Assembly: GCA_964016885.1 (NCBI GenBank)
Contig: OZ024740.1
Span: forward strand, 12,896,001-12,960,000
Length of the DNA stretch: 64,000 nucleotides
Origin: Eledone cirrhosa
Taxonomy: Eukaryota
Reading direction: 5' to 3'
The notes under the pieces: generated by a model
What the model was told of the DNA's origin: nothing
Databases searched by the model: none
What the model saw: only the letters and a program-made list of their open reading frames with translations
Translations under genes and position numbers: made by a program
Shown here: piece after piece, positions 1 through 12,280 of the stretch
How positions within the stretch are numbered: the first letter of the stretch is position 1
Layout: each line of letters opens with the position of its first letter

Positions 1-261
1 AATGTCTTGTCTCTAGTCTAATGTCTTGTCTCTAGTCTAATGTCTTGTCTCTAGTCTAATGTCTTGTCTCTAGACTAATGTCTTGTCTCTAGTCTAATGT
101 CTTGTCTCTAGTCTAATGTCTCGAGTCTAATATCTTGTCTCTAGTCTAATGTCTTGTCTCTAGTCTAATGTCTTGTCTCTAGTCTAATGTCTTGTCTCTA
201 GACTAATGTCTTGTCTCTAGTCTAATGTCTTGTCTCTAGTCTAATGTCTTGTCTCTAGTCT

Positions 262-1205
262 AATGTCTTGAATCTAGTCTAATGTCTTGTCTCTAGTGTA
301 ATGTCTCTAGTCTAATGTCTTGTATCTAGTATAATGTCTCGAGTCTAATATCTTGTCTCTAGTCTAATGTCTCGAGTCTAATGTCTTGTCTCTAGTCTAA
401 TGTCTTGTCTCTAGTCTAATGTCTTGTCTCTAGTCTAATGTCTTGAATCTAGTCTAATGTCTTGTCTCTAGTGTAATGTCTCTAGTCTAATGTCTTGTCT
501 CTAGTATAATGTCTCGAGTCTAATATCTTGTCTCTAGTCTAATGTCTCGAGTCTAATGTCTTGTCTCTAGTCTAATGTCTTGTCTCTAGTCTAATGTCTT
601 GTCTCTAGTCTAATGTCTTGAATCTAGTCTAATGTCTTGTCTCTAGTGTAATGTCTCTAGTCTAATGTCTTGTCTCTAGTATAATGTCTCGAGTCTAATA
701 TCTTGTCTCTAGTCTAATGTCTCGAGTCTAATGTCTTGTCTCTAGTCTAATGTCTTGTCTCTAGTCTAATGTCTTGTCTCTAGTCTAATGTCTTGAATCT
801 AGTCTAATGTCTTGTCTCTAGTGTAATGTCTCTAGTCTAATGTCTTGTCTCTAGTATAATGTCTCGAGTCTAATATCTTGTCTCTAGTCTAATGTCTCGA
901 GTCTAATGTCTTGTCTCTAGTCTAATGTCTTGTCTCTAGTCTAATGTCTTGTCTCTAGTCTAATGTCTTGAATCTAGTCTAATGTCTTGTCTCTAGTGTA
1001 ATGTCTCTAGTCTAATGTCTTGTCTCTAGTATAATGTCTCGAGTCTAATATCTTGTCTCTAGTCTAATGTCTCGAGTCTAATGTCTTGTCTCTAGTCTAA
1101 TGTCTTGTCTCTAGTCTAATGTCTTGTCTCTAGTCTAATGTCTTGAATCTAGTCTAATGTCTTGTCTCTAGTGTAATGTCTCTAGTCTAATGTCTTGTCT
1201 CTAGT
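262..1205. repeat. 175-bp higher-order repeat (7 x 19-mer + 3 x 14-mer), about 5.3 copies
   Basis: Variant TTGAATCTAG has its G at 270, 445, 620, 795, 970 and 1145 (exact 175-bp spacing). Each period repeats the same variant order (AGTGT, AGTAT, CTCGAG, AATATC, CTCGAG); 7x19+3x14=175. Confidence 0.95.
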
Positions 1206-1940
1206 CTAATGTCTCTAGTCTAATGTCTTGTCTCTAGTCTAATGTCTTGTCCCTAGTCTAAAGTCTCTAGTGTAATGTCTTGTCTTTAATCTAATGTCTT
1301 GTCTCTAGTTTAATGTCTTGTCTCTAGTCTAATGTCTCTAGTCTAATGACTTGTCTCTAGTCCAATGTCTTGCCTCTAGTCTAATGTCTTGTCCCTAGTC
1401 TAATGTCTTGTCTCTAGTCTAATGTACTGTCTCAAGTCTAATGTACTGTCTCTAGTCTAATGTCTTGTCTCTAGTCTAATGTCTCTAGTCTAATGTCTCT
1501 AGTCTCATGTCTTGTCTCTAGTCTAACGTCTTGTCTCTAGTCTAATATCTCTAGTCTAATGTCTTGTCTCTAGTTTCATGTCTTGTCTCTAGTATAATGT
1601 CTTGTCTCTAGTCTAATGTCTCTAGTTTAATGTCTTGTCTCTAGTCTAATGTCTTGTCTCTAGTCTAATGTCTTGTCTCTAGTCTAACGTCTTGAATCTA
1701 GTCTAATGTCTTGTCTCTAGTGTAATGTCTCTAGTCTAATGTCTTGTCTCTAGTCTAATGTCTCTAGTCTAATGTCTTGTCTCTAGTCTAATGTCTTGTC
1801 CCTAGTCTAAAGTCTCTAGTGTAATGTCTTGTCTTTAATCTAATGTCTTGTCTCTAGTTTAATGTCTTGTCTCTAGTCTAATGTCTCTAGTCTAATGACT
1901 TGTCTCTAGTCCAATGTCTTGCCTCTAGTCTAATGTCGTG
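1137..1940. repeat. Block repeated at 549-bp offset (about 1137-1385 and 1686-1935)
   Basis: GAATC at 1145/1694 and CCCTAGTCTAAAG at 1251/1800, followed in both copies by CTTTAATC, GACTTG, GTCCAATG and TTGCCTC. Confidence 0.8.
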
Positions 1941-4900
1941 TCTCTAGTCTAATGTCTTGACTCTAGCCTAATGTCTTGTCTCTAGACTAATGTCTCTAGT
2001 CTAATGTCTTGTCTCTAGTCTAATGTCTCTAGTCTAATGTCTTGTCTCTAATCTAATGTCTTGTCCCTAGTCTAATGTCTTGTCCCTAGTCTCATGTCTT
2101 GTCTCTAGTCTAATGTCTCTAGTCTAATGTCTTGTCTCTAGTCTAATGTCTTGTCCCTAGTCTAATGTCTTGTCCCTTGTCTAATGTCTTGTCTCTAGTC
2201 TAATGTACTGTCTCTAGTCTAATTTCTTGTCTCTAGTCTAATGTCTTGTCTCTAGTCTAATGTCTTGTCTCTAGTCTAATGTCTCTAGTCTAATGTCTCT
2301 AGTCTAATGTCTTGTCTCTAGTCTAATGTCGTGTCTCTAGTCTCATGGCTTGTCTCTAGTCTAACGTCTTGTCTCTAGTCTAATATCTCTAGTCTAATGT
2401 CTTGTCTCTAGTTTCATGTCTTGTCTCTAGTATAATGTATTGTCTCTAGTCTAATGTCTCTAGTTTAATGTCTTATCTCTAGTCTAATGTCTCTAGTCTA
2501 ATGTCTTGTCTCTAGTCTAATGTCTTGTCTCTAGTCTATTGTCTCTTGTCTAATGTCTTGTCTCTAGTATAATGTCTTGTCTCTAGTCTAATGTCTCTAG
2601 TCTAATATCTTGTCTCTAGTCTAATGTCTTGTCTCTACTGTAATGTCTCTAGTCTAATGTCTTGTCTCTAGTCTAATGTCTTGTCTCTAGTCTAATATCT
2701 TGTCTCTAGTCTAATGTCTCTAGTCTAATTTCTTGTCTCTAGTCTAATGTCTTGTCTCTAGTCTAATGTCTTGTCTCTAGTATAATGTCTTCTCTCTAGT
2801 CTAATGTCTCTACTCTAATATCTTGTCTCTAGTCTAATGTCTTGTCTCTACTCTAATGTCTCTAGTCTAATGTCTTGTCTCTAGTCTAATGTCTCTACTC
2901 TAATGTCTCTAGTCTAATGTCTTGTCTCTACTCTAATGTCTTGTCTCTAGTCTAACGTCTTGTCTCTAGTCTAATGTCTGTAGTGTAATGTCTTGTCTCT
3001 AGTCTAATGTCTTGTCTCTAGTCTAATGTCTTGTCTCTAGTCTAATGTCTTGTCTCTAGTCTAATGTCTCTAGTCTAATGTCCTGTCTCTAGTCTAATGT
3101 CTTGTCTCTAGTCTAATGTCTCTAGTCTAATGTCTTGTTTCTAGTCTAATGTCTCTAGTCTAATGTCTTGTCTCTAGTCTAATGTCTTGTCTCTAGTCTA
3201 ATGTCTTGTCCCTAGTCTAATGTCTCTAGTCTAATATCTTGTCTCTAGTCTAATGTCTTGTCTCTATTCTAATGTCTCTAGTCTAATGTCATGTCTCTAG
3301 TCTAATATCTTGTCTCTAGTCTAATATCTTTTCTCTAGTCTAATGTCTGGTCTCTAGTCTAATGTCTCTAGTCTAATGTATTGTCTCTAGTCTACTGTCT
3401 CGAGTCTAATATCTTGTCTCTAGTCTAATGTCTCTAGTCTAATGTCTTGTCTCTAGTCTAATGTCTCTAGTCTAATGTCTCGAGTCTAATGTCTTGTCTC
3501 TAGTCTAATGTCTCTAGTCTAATGACTTGTCTCTCGCCTAATGTCTTGAATCTAGTCTAACGTCTTGTCTCTAGTGTAATGTCTCTAGTCTAATGTCACT
3601 AGTCTAATGTCTCTAGTCTAATGTCTCTAGTCTAATGTCTTGTCTCTAGTCTAATGTCTCTAGTCTAATGTCTTGTCTCTAGTCTAATGTCCTGTCTCGA
3701 GTCTAATGTCTTGTCTCTAGTCTAATGTCTCTAGTCTAATATCTTGTCTCCAGTCTAATGTCTTGTCTCTAGTCAAATGTCTTGTCTCGAGTCTAATGTC
3801 TTGTCTCTAGACTAATGTCTCTAGTCTAATTTCTTGTCTCTAGTCTAATGTCTTGTCTCTAGTCTAATGTCTCTAGTCTAATGTCTTGTCTCTAGTCTAA
3901 TGTCTTGTCTCGAGTCTAATGTCTTGTCTCTAGTCTAATGTCTCTAGTCTAATGTCTTGTCTCTAGTCTAATGTCTTGTCTTTAGTCTAATGTCTCTAGT
4001 CTAATGTCTTGTCTCTAGTCTAATGTCTTGTCTCTAGTCTAATGTCTTGTCTCGAGTCTAATGTCTTGTCTCTAGTCTAATGTCTCTAGTCTAATGTCTT
4101 GTCTCTAGTCTAATGTCTTGTCTCTAGTCTAATGTCTCTAGTCTAATGTCTTGTCTCTAGTCTAATGTCTTGTCTCGAGTCTAATGTCTTGTCTCTAGTC
4201 TAATGTCTCTAGTCTAATGTCTTGTCTCTACTCTAGTCTAATGTCTTGTCTCTAGTCTAATGTCTCTAGTCTAATGTCTTGTCTCTAGTCTAATGTCTCT
4301 AGTCTAAAGTCTTGTCTCTAGTCTAATGTCTTGTCTCTAGTCTAATGTCTTGACACTAGCCTAATGTCTTGTCTCTAGTGTAATGTCTCTAGTCTATCTA
4401 GTCTAATGTCTCTAGGCTAATGTCTTGTCTCTTGTCTAATGTTACTAGTCTAATGTGTTGTGGCTAGTCTAATGTCTCTAGTCTAATGTCTTGACTCTAG
4501 TCTAATGTCGCTAGTCTAATGTCTTGTCTCTAGTCTAATATCTTGTCTCTAGTCTAATGTCTCTAGTCTAATGTCTTGTCTCTAGTCTAATGTCTTGTCC
4601 CTAGTCTAATGCCTCTAGTCTAATGTCTTGTCTCTAGTCTAATGTCTTGTCTCTAGTCTAATGTCTTGTCTCTAGTATAATGTCTCGAGTCTAATTTCTT
4701 GTCTCTAGTCTAATGTCTTGTCTCTAGTCTAATGTCTTGTCTCTAGACTAATGTCTTGTCTCTAGTCTAATGTCTTGTCTCTAGTCTAATGTCTTGTCTC
4801 TAGTCTAATGTCTTGAATCTAGTCTAATGTCTTGTCTCTAGTGTAATGTCTCTAGTCAAATGTCTTGTCTCTAGTCTAATGTCTTGTCTCTAGTCTAATG

Positions 4901-5269
4901 TCTCTAGTCTAATGTCTTGTCTCTAGTCTAATGTCTTGTCCCTAGTCTAATGTCTCTAGTGTAATGTCTTGTCTTTAATCTAATGTCTTGTCTCTAGTTT
5001 AATGACTTGTCTCTAGTCTAATGTCTCTAGTCTAATGACTTGTCTCTAGTCCAATGTCTTGCCTCTAGTCTAATGTCGTGTCTCTAGTCTAATGTCGTGA
5101 CTCTAGCCTAATGTCTTGTCTCTAGACTAATGTCTCTAGTCTAATGTCTTGTCTCTAGTCTAATGTCTCTAGTCTAATGTCTTGTCCCTAGTCTAATGTC
5201 TTGTCCCTAGTCTCATGTCTTGTCTCTAGTCTAATGTCTCTAGTCTAATGTCTTGTCTCTAGTCTAATG

Positions 5270-6980
5270 TCTTGTCCCTAGTCTAATGTCTTGTCCCTAG
5301 TCTAATGTCTTGTCTCTAGTCTAATGTACTGTCTCTAGTCTAATTTCTTGTCTCTAGTCTAATGTCTTGTCTCTAGTCTAATGTCTTGTCTCTAGTCTAA
5401 TGTCTCTAGTCTAATGTCTCTAGTCTAATGTCTTGTCTCTAGTCTAATGTCGTGTCTCTAGTCTCATGTTTTGTCTCTAGTCTAACGTCTTGTCTCTAGT
5501 CTAATATCTCTAGTCTAATGTCTTGTCTCTAGTTTCATGTCTTGTCTCTAGTATAATGTCTTGTCTCTAGTCTAATGTCTCTAGTTTAATGTCTTGTCTC
5601 TAGTCTAATGTCTCTAGTCTAATGTCTTGTCTCTAGTCTAATGTCTTGTCTCTAGTCTATTATCTCTAGACGAATGTCTTGTCTCTAGTCTAATATCTTG
5701 TCTCTAGTCTAATATCTTGTCTCTAGTCTAACGTCTTGTCTCTAGTCTAATGTCTCTAGTCTAATGTCTCTAGTCTAATATCTCTAGTCTAATGTCTTGT
5801 GTCTACTCTAATGTCTGTAGTCTAATGTCTTGTATCTAGTCTAAAGTCTTGTCTCTAGTCTAATGTCTATAGTCTAACGTCTTGTCTCTAATCTAATACC
5901 CCTAGTCTAATATCTTGTCTCTAGTCTAATGTCTCTAGTCTAATGTCTTGACTCTAGTCTAATGTCGCTAGTCTAATGTCTTGTCTCTAGTCTAATGTCT
6001 TGTCTCTAGTCTAATGTCTTGTCTCTAGTCTAATGTCTCTAGTCTAATGTCTTGTCTCTAGTCTAATGTCTTGTCCCTAGTCTAATGCCTCTAGTCTAAT
6101 GTCTTGTCTCTAGTCTAATGTCTTGTCCCTAGTCTAATGTCTTGTCCCTTGTCTAATGTCTTGTCTCTAGTCTAATGAACTGTCTCTAGTCTAATTTCTT
6201 GTCTCTAGTCTAATGTCTTGTCTCTAGTCTAATGTCTTGTCTCTAGTCTAATGTCTCTAGTCTAATGTCTCTAGTCTAATGTCTTGTCTCTAGTCTAATG
6301 TCGTGTCTCTAGTCTCATGTCTTGTCTCTAGTCTAACGTCTTGTCTCTAGTCTAATATCTCTAGTCTAATGTGTTGTCTCTAGTTTCACGTCTTGTCTCT
6401 AGTATAATGTCTTGTCTCTAGTCTAATGTCTCTAGTTTAATGTCTTGTCTCTAGTCTAATGTCTCTAGTCTAATGTCTTGTCTGTAGTCTAATGTCTTGT
6501 CTCTAGTCTATTGTCTCTAGTCGAATGTATTGTCTCTAGTCTAATATCTTGTCTCTAGTCTAATATCTTGTCTCTAGTCTAACGTCTTGTCTCTAGTCTA
6601 ATGTCTCTAGTCTAATGTCTCTAGTCTAATATCTCTAGTCTAATGTCTTGTGTCTAGTCTAATGTCTGTAGTCTAATGTCTTGTATCTAGTCTAAAGTCT
6701 TGTCTCTAGTCTAATGTCTCTAGTCTAATGTCTTGTCTCTAATCTAATACCCCTAGTCTAATATCTTGTCTCTAGTCTAATGTCTCTAGTCTAATGTCTT
6801 GACTCTAGTCTAATGTCGCTAGTCTAATGTCTTGTCTCTAGTCTAATGTCTTGTCTCTAGTCTAATGTCTCTAGTCTAATGTCTTGCCTCTAGTCTAATG
6901 TCTTGTCCCTAGTCTAATGCCTCTAGTCTAATGTCTTGTCTCTAGTCTAATGTCTTGTCTCTAGTCTAATGTCTTGTCTC
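5270..6980. repeat. About 851-bp tandem duplication within the array
   Basis: AATACCCCTAG at 5895/6746 and GACTCTAGTCTAATGTCGCTAG at 5950/6801, with the same intervening variant order and a few private substitutions. Confidence 0.75.
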
Positions 6981-8084
6981 TAGTATAATGTCTCGAGTCT
7001 AATGTCTTGTCTCTAGTCTAATGTCTTGTCTCTAGTCTAATGTCTTGTTTCTAGACTAATGTATTGTCTCTAGTCTAATGTCTTGTCTCTAGTCTAATGT
7101 CTTGTCTCTAGTCTAATGTCTTGAATCTAGTCTAATGTCTTGTCTCTAGTGTAATGTCTCTAGTCAAATGTCTTGTCTCTAGTCTAATGTCTTGTCTCTA
7201 GTCTAATGTCTCTAGTCTAATGTCTTGTCTCTAGTCTAATGTCTTGTCCCTAGTCTAAAGTCTCTAGTGTAATGTCTTGTCTTTAATCTAATGTCTTGTC
7301 TCTAGTTTAATGTCTTGTCTCTAGTCTAATGTCTCTAGTCTAATGACTTGTCTCTAGTCCAATGTCTTGCCTCTAGTCTAATGTCGTGTCTTTAGTCTAA
7401 TGTCGTGACTCTAGCCTAATGTCTTGTCTCTAGACTAAAGTCTCTAGTCTAATGTCTTGTCTCTAGTCTAATGTCTCTAGTCTAATGTCTTGTCTCTAGT
7501 CTAATGTCTTGTCCCTAGTCTAATGTCTTGTTCCTAGTCTCATGTCTTGTCTCTAGTCTAATGTCTCTAGTCTAATGTCTTGTCTCTAGTCTAATGTCTT
7601 GTCCCTAGTCTAATGTCTTGTCCCTAGTCTAATGTCTTGTCTCTAGTCTAATGTACTGTCTCTAGTCTAATTTCTTGTCTCTAGTCTAATGTCTTGTCTC
7701 TAGTCTAATGTCTTGTCTCTAGTCTAATGTCTCTAGTCTAATGTCTTGTCTCTAGTCTAATGTCGTGTTTCTAGTCTCATGTCTTGTCTCTTGTCTAACG
7801 TCTTGTCTCTAGTCTAATATCTCTAGTCTAATGTGTTGTCTCTAGTTTCATGTCTTGTCTCTAGTATAATGTCTTGTCTCTAGTCTAATGTCTCTAGTTT
7901 AATGTCTTGTCTCTAGTCTAATGTCTCTAGTCTAATGTCTTGTATCTAGTCTAATGTCTTGTCTCTAGTCTATTGTCACTAGTCGAATGTATTGTCTCTA
8001 GTCTAATATCTTGTCTCTAGTCTAATATCTTGTCTCTAGTCTAACGTCTTGTCTCTAGTCTAATGTCTCTAGTCTAATGTCTCT

Positions 8085-11000
8085 AGTCTAATATCTCTAG
8101 ACTAATGTCTTGTGTCTAGTCTAATGTCTGTAGTCTAATGTCTTGTATCTAGTCTAAAGTCTTGTCTCTAGTCTAATGTCTCTAGTCTAATGTCTTGTCT
8201 CTAATCTAATACCCCTAGTCTAATATCTTGTCTCTAGTCTAATGTCTCTAGTCTAATGTCTTGACTCTAGTCTAATGTCGTTAGTCTAATGTCTTGTCTC
8301 TAGTCTAATGTCTTGTCTCTAGTCTAATGTCTCTAGTCTAATGTCTTGCCTCTAGTCTAATGTCTTGTCCCTAGTCTAATGTCTTGTCTCTAGTCTAATG
8401 TCTTGTCTCTAGTATAATGTCTCGAGTCTAATATCTTGTCTCTAGTCTAATGTCTTGTCTCTAGTCTAATGTCTTGTCTCTAGACTAATGTCTTGTCTCT
8501 AGACTAATGTCTTGTCTCTAGTCTAATGTCTTGTCTCTAGTCTAATGTCTTGTCTCTAGTCTAATGTCTCTAGTCTAATGTCTTGTCTCTAGTCTAATGT
8601 CTTGTCCCTAGTCTAAAATCTCTAGTGTAATGTCTTGTCTTTAATCTAATGTCTTGTCTCTAGTTTAATGTCTTGTCTCTAGTCTAATGTCTCTAGTCTA
8701 ATGACTTGTCTCTAGTCCAATGTCTTGCCTCTAGTCTAATGTCGTGTCTCTAGTCTAATGTCGTGACTCTAGCCTAATGTCTTGTCTCTAGACTAATGTC
8801 TCTAGTCTAATGTCTTGTCTCTAGTCTAATGTCTTGTCTCTAGTCTAATGTCTTGTCCCTAGTCTAATGTCTTGTCCCTAGTCTCATGTCTTGTCTCTAG
8901 TCTAATGTCTCTAGTCTAATGTCTTGTCCCTAGTCTAATGTCTTGTCCCTAGTCTAACGTCTTGTCTCTAGTCTAATGTACTGTCTCTATTCTAATTTCT
9001 TGTCTCTAGTCTAATGTCTTGTCTCTAGTCTAATGTCTTGTCTCTAGTCTAATGTCTCTAGTCTAATGTCTCTAGTCTAATGTCTTGTCTCTAGTCTAAT
9101 GTCGTGTCTCTAGTCTCATGTCTTGTCTCTAGTCTAACGTCTTGTCTCTAGTCTAATATCTCTAGTCTAATGTCTTGTCTCTAGTTTCATGTCTTGTCTC
9201 TAGTATAATGTCTTGTCTCTAGTCTAATGTCTCTAGTTTAATGTCTTGTCTCTAGTCTAATGTCTCTAGTCTAATGTCTTGTCTCTAGTCTAATATCTTG
9301 TCTCTAGTCTATTGTCTCTAGTCGAATGTATTGTCTCCAGTCTAATATCTTGTCTCTAGTCTAATATCTTGTCTCTAGTCTAACGTCTTGTCTCTAGTCT
9401 AATGTCTCTAGTCTAATGTCTCTAGTCTAATATCTCTAGTCTAATGTCTTGTGTCTAGTCTAATGTCTGTAGTCTAATGTCTTGTATCTAGTCTAAAGTC
9501 TTGTCTCTAGTCTAATGTCTCTAGTCTAATGTCTTGTCTCTAATCTAATACCCCTAGTCTAATATCTTGTCTCTAGTCTAATGTCTCTAGTCTAATGTCT
9601 TGTCTCTAGTCTAATATCTTGTCTCTAGTCTAATGTCTTGTCTCTAGTCTAATGTCTTGTCTCTAGTCTAATGTCTTGTCTCTAGTCTAATGTCAGTAGT
9701 CTAATGTCTTGTCTCTAGTCTAATGTCTTGTCTCTAGTCTAATGTCTTGTCTCTAATCTAATGTCTCTAGTCTAATGTCTTGTTTCTAGTGTAATGTCTC
9801 TAGTCTAATGTCTTGTCTCTAGTCTAATGTCTTGTCTCTAGTCTAATGTCTTGTCTCTATTCTAATATCCCTGGTCTAATGTGTTGTCTCTAATCTAACG
9901 TCTCTAGACTAATGTCTTGTTTCTAGTCTAATGTCTCTAGTCTAATGTCTCTAGTCTAATGTCTTGTCTCTAGTATAATGTCTTGTCTCTAGTCTAATGT
10001 CTCTAGTCTAATGTCTTGTCTCTAGTCTAATGTCTTGTCTCTAAACTAATGTCTCTAGTCTAATGTATCTAGACTAATGTCTTGTCTCTAGTCTAATGTC
10101 TCTAGTCTAATGTCTTTTCTCTAGTCTAACGTCTTGTCTCTAATCTAATGTCTCTAGTCTAATGTCTTGTCTCTAGTCTAATATCTCTAGACTAATGTCT
10201 TGTGTCTAGTCTAATGTCTGTAGTCTAATGTCTTGTATCTAGTCTAAAGTCTTGTCTCTAGTCTAATGTCTCTAGTCTAATGTCTTGTCTCTAATCTAAT
10301 ACCCCTAGTCTAATATCTTGTCTCTAGTCTAATGTCTCTAGTCTAATGTCTTGACTCTAGTCTAATGTCGTTAGTCTAATGTCTTGTCTCTAGTCTAATG
10401 TCTTGTCTCTAGTCTAATGTCTCTAGTCTAATGTCTTGCCTCTAGTCTAATGTCTTGTCCCTAGTCTAATGTCTTGTCTCTAGTCTAATGTCTTGTCTCT
10501 AGTATAATGTCTCGAGTCTAATATCTTGTCTCTAGTCTAATGTCTTGTCTCTAGTCTAATGTCTTGTCTCTAGACTAATGTCTTGTCTCTAGACTAATGT
10601 CTTGTCTCTAGTCTAATGTCTTGTCTCTAGTCTAATGTCTTGTCTCTAGTCTAATGTCTCTAGTCTAATGTCTTGTCTCTAGTCTAATGTCTTGTCCCTA
10701 GTCTAAAATCTCTAGTGTAATGTCTTGTCTTTAATCTAATGTCTTGTCTCTAGTTTAATGTCTTGTCTCTAGTCTAATGTCTCTAGTCTAATGACTTGTC
10801 TCTAGTCCAATGTCTTGCCTCTAGTCTAATGTCGTGTCTCTAGTCTAATGTCGTGACTCTAGCCTAATGTCTTGTCTCTAGACTAATGTCTCTAGTCTAA
10901 TGTCTTGTCTCTAGTCTAATGTCTTGTCTCTAGTCTAATGTCTTGTCCCTAGTCTAATGTCTTGTCCCTAGTCTCATGTCTTGTCTCTAGTCTAATGTCT

Positions 11001-12280
11001 CTAGTCTAATGTCTCTAGTCTAATGTCTTGTCCCTAGTCTAATGTCTTGTCCCTAGTCTAACGTCTTGTCTCTAGTCTAATGTACTGTCTCTATTCTAAT
11101 TTCTTGTCTCTAGTCTAATGTCTTGTCTCTAGTCTAATGTCTTGTCTCTAGTCTAATGTCTCTAGTCTAATGTCTCTAGTCTAATGTCTTGTCTCTAGTC
11201 TAATGTCGTGTCTCTAGTCTCATGTCTTGTCTCTAGTCTAACGTCTTGTCTCTAGTCTAATATCTCTAGTCTAATGTCTTGTCTCTAGTTTCATGTCTTG
11301 TCTCTAGTATAATGTCTTGTCTCTAGTCTAATGTCTCTAGTTTAATGTCTTGTCTCTAGTCTAATGTCTCTAGTCTAATGTCTTGTCTCTAGTCTAATAT
11401 CTTGTCTCTAGTCTATTGTCTCTAGTCGAATGTATTGTCTCCAGTCTAATATCTTGTCTCTAGTCTAATATCTTGTCTCTAGTCTAACGTCTTGTCTCTA
11501 GTCTAATGTCTCTAGTCTAATGTCTCTAGTCTAATATCTCTAGTCTAATGTCTTGTGTCTAGTCTAATGTCTGTAGTCTAATGTCTTGTATCTAGTCTAA
11601 AGTCTTGTCTCTAGTCTAATGTCTCTAGTCTAATGTCTTGTCTCTAATCTAATACCCCTAGTCTAATATCTTGTCTCTAGTCTAATGTCTCTAGTCTAAT
11701 GTCTTGTCTCTAGTCTAATATCTTGTCTCTAGTCTAATGTCTTGTCTCTAGTCTAATGTCTTGTCTCTAGTCTAATGTCTTGTCTCTAGTCTAATGTCAG
11801 TAGTCTAATGTCTTGTCTCTAGTCTAATGTCTTGTCTCTAGTCTAATGTCTTGTCTCTAATCTAATGTCTCTAGTCTAATGTCTTGTTTCTAGTGTAATG
11901 TCTCTAGTCTAATGTCTTGTCTCTAGTCTAATGTCTTGTCTCTAGTCTAATGTCTTGTCTCTATTCTAATATCCCTGGTCTAATGTGTTGTCTCTAATCT
12001 AACGTCTCTAGACTAATGTCTTGTTTCTAGTCTAATGTCTCTAGTCTAATGTCTCTAGTCTAATGTCTTGTCTCTAGTATAATGTCTTGTCTCTAGTCTA
12101 ATGTCTCTAGTCTAATGTCTTGTCTCTAGTCTAATGTCTTGTCTCTAAACTAATGTCTCTAGTCTAATGTATCTAGACTAATGTCTTGTCTCTAGTCTAA
12201 TGTCTCTAGTCTAATGTCTTTTCTCTAGTCTAACGTCTTGTCTCTAATCTAATGTCTCTAGTCTAATGTCTTGTCTCTAG
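8085..12280. repeat. Tandem duplication of about 2.09 kb (two near-identical copies)
   Basis: Rare variants pair at offset 2090 (ATATCTCTAGAC 8091/10181; AATACCCC 8208/10298; GTCGTTAG 8277/10367) and then at 2104 (GTCGAATGTATTGTCTCCAG 9321/11425; AATACCCC 9547/11651; AACGTCTCTAGAC 9897/12001). Confidence 0.9.
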
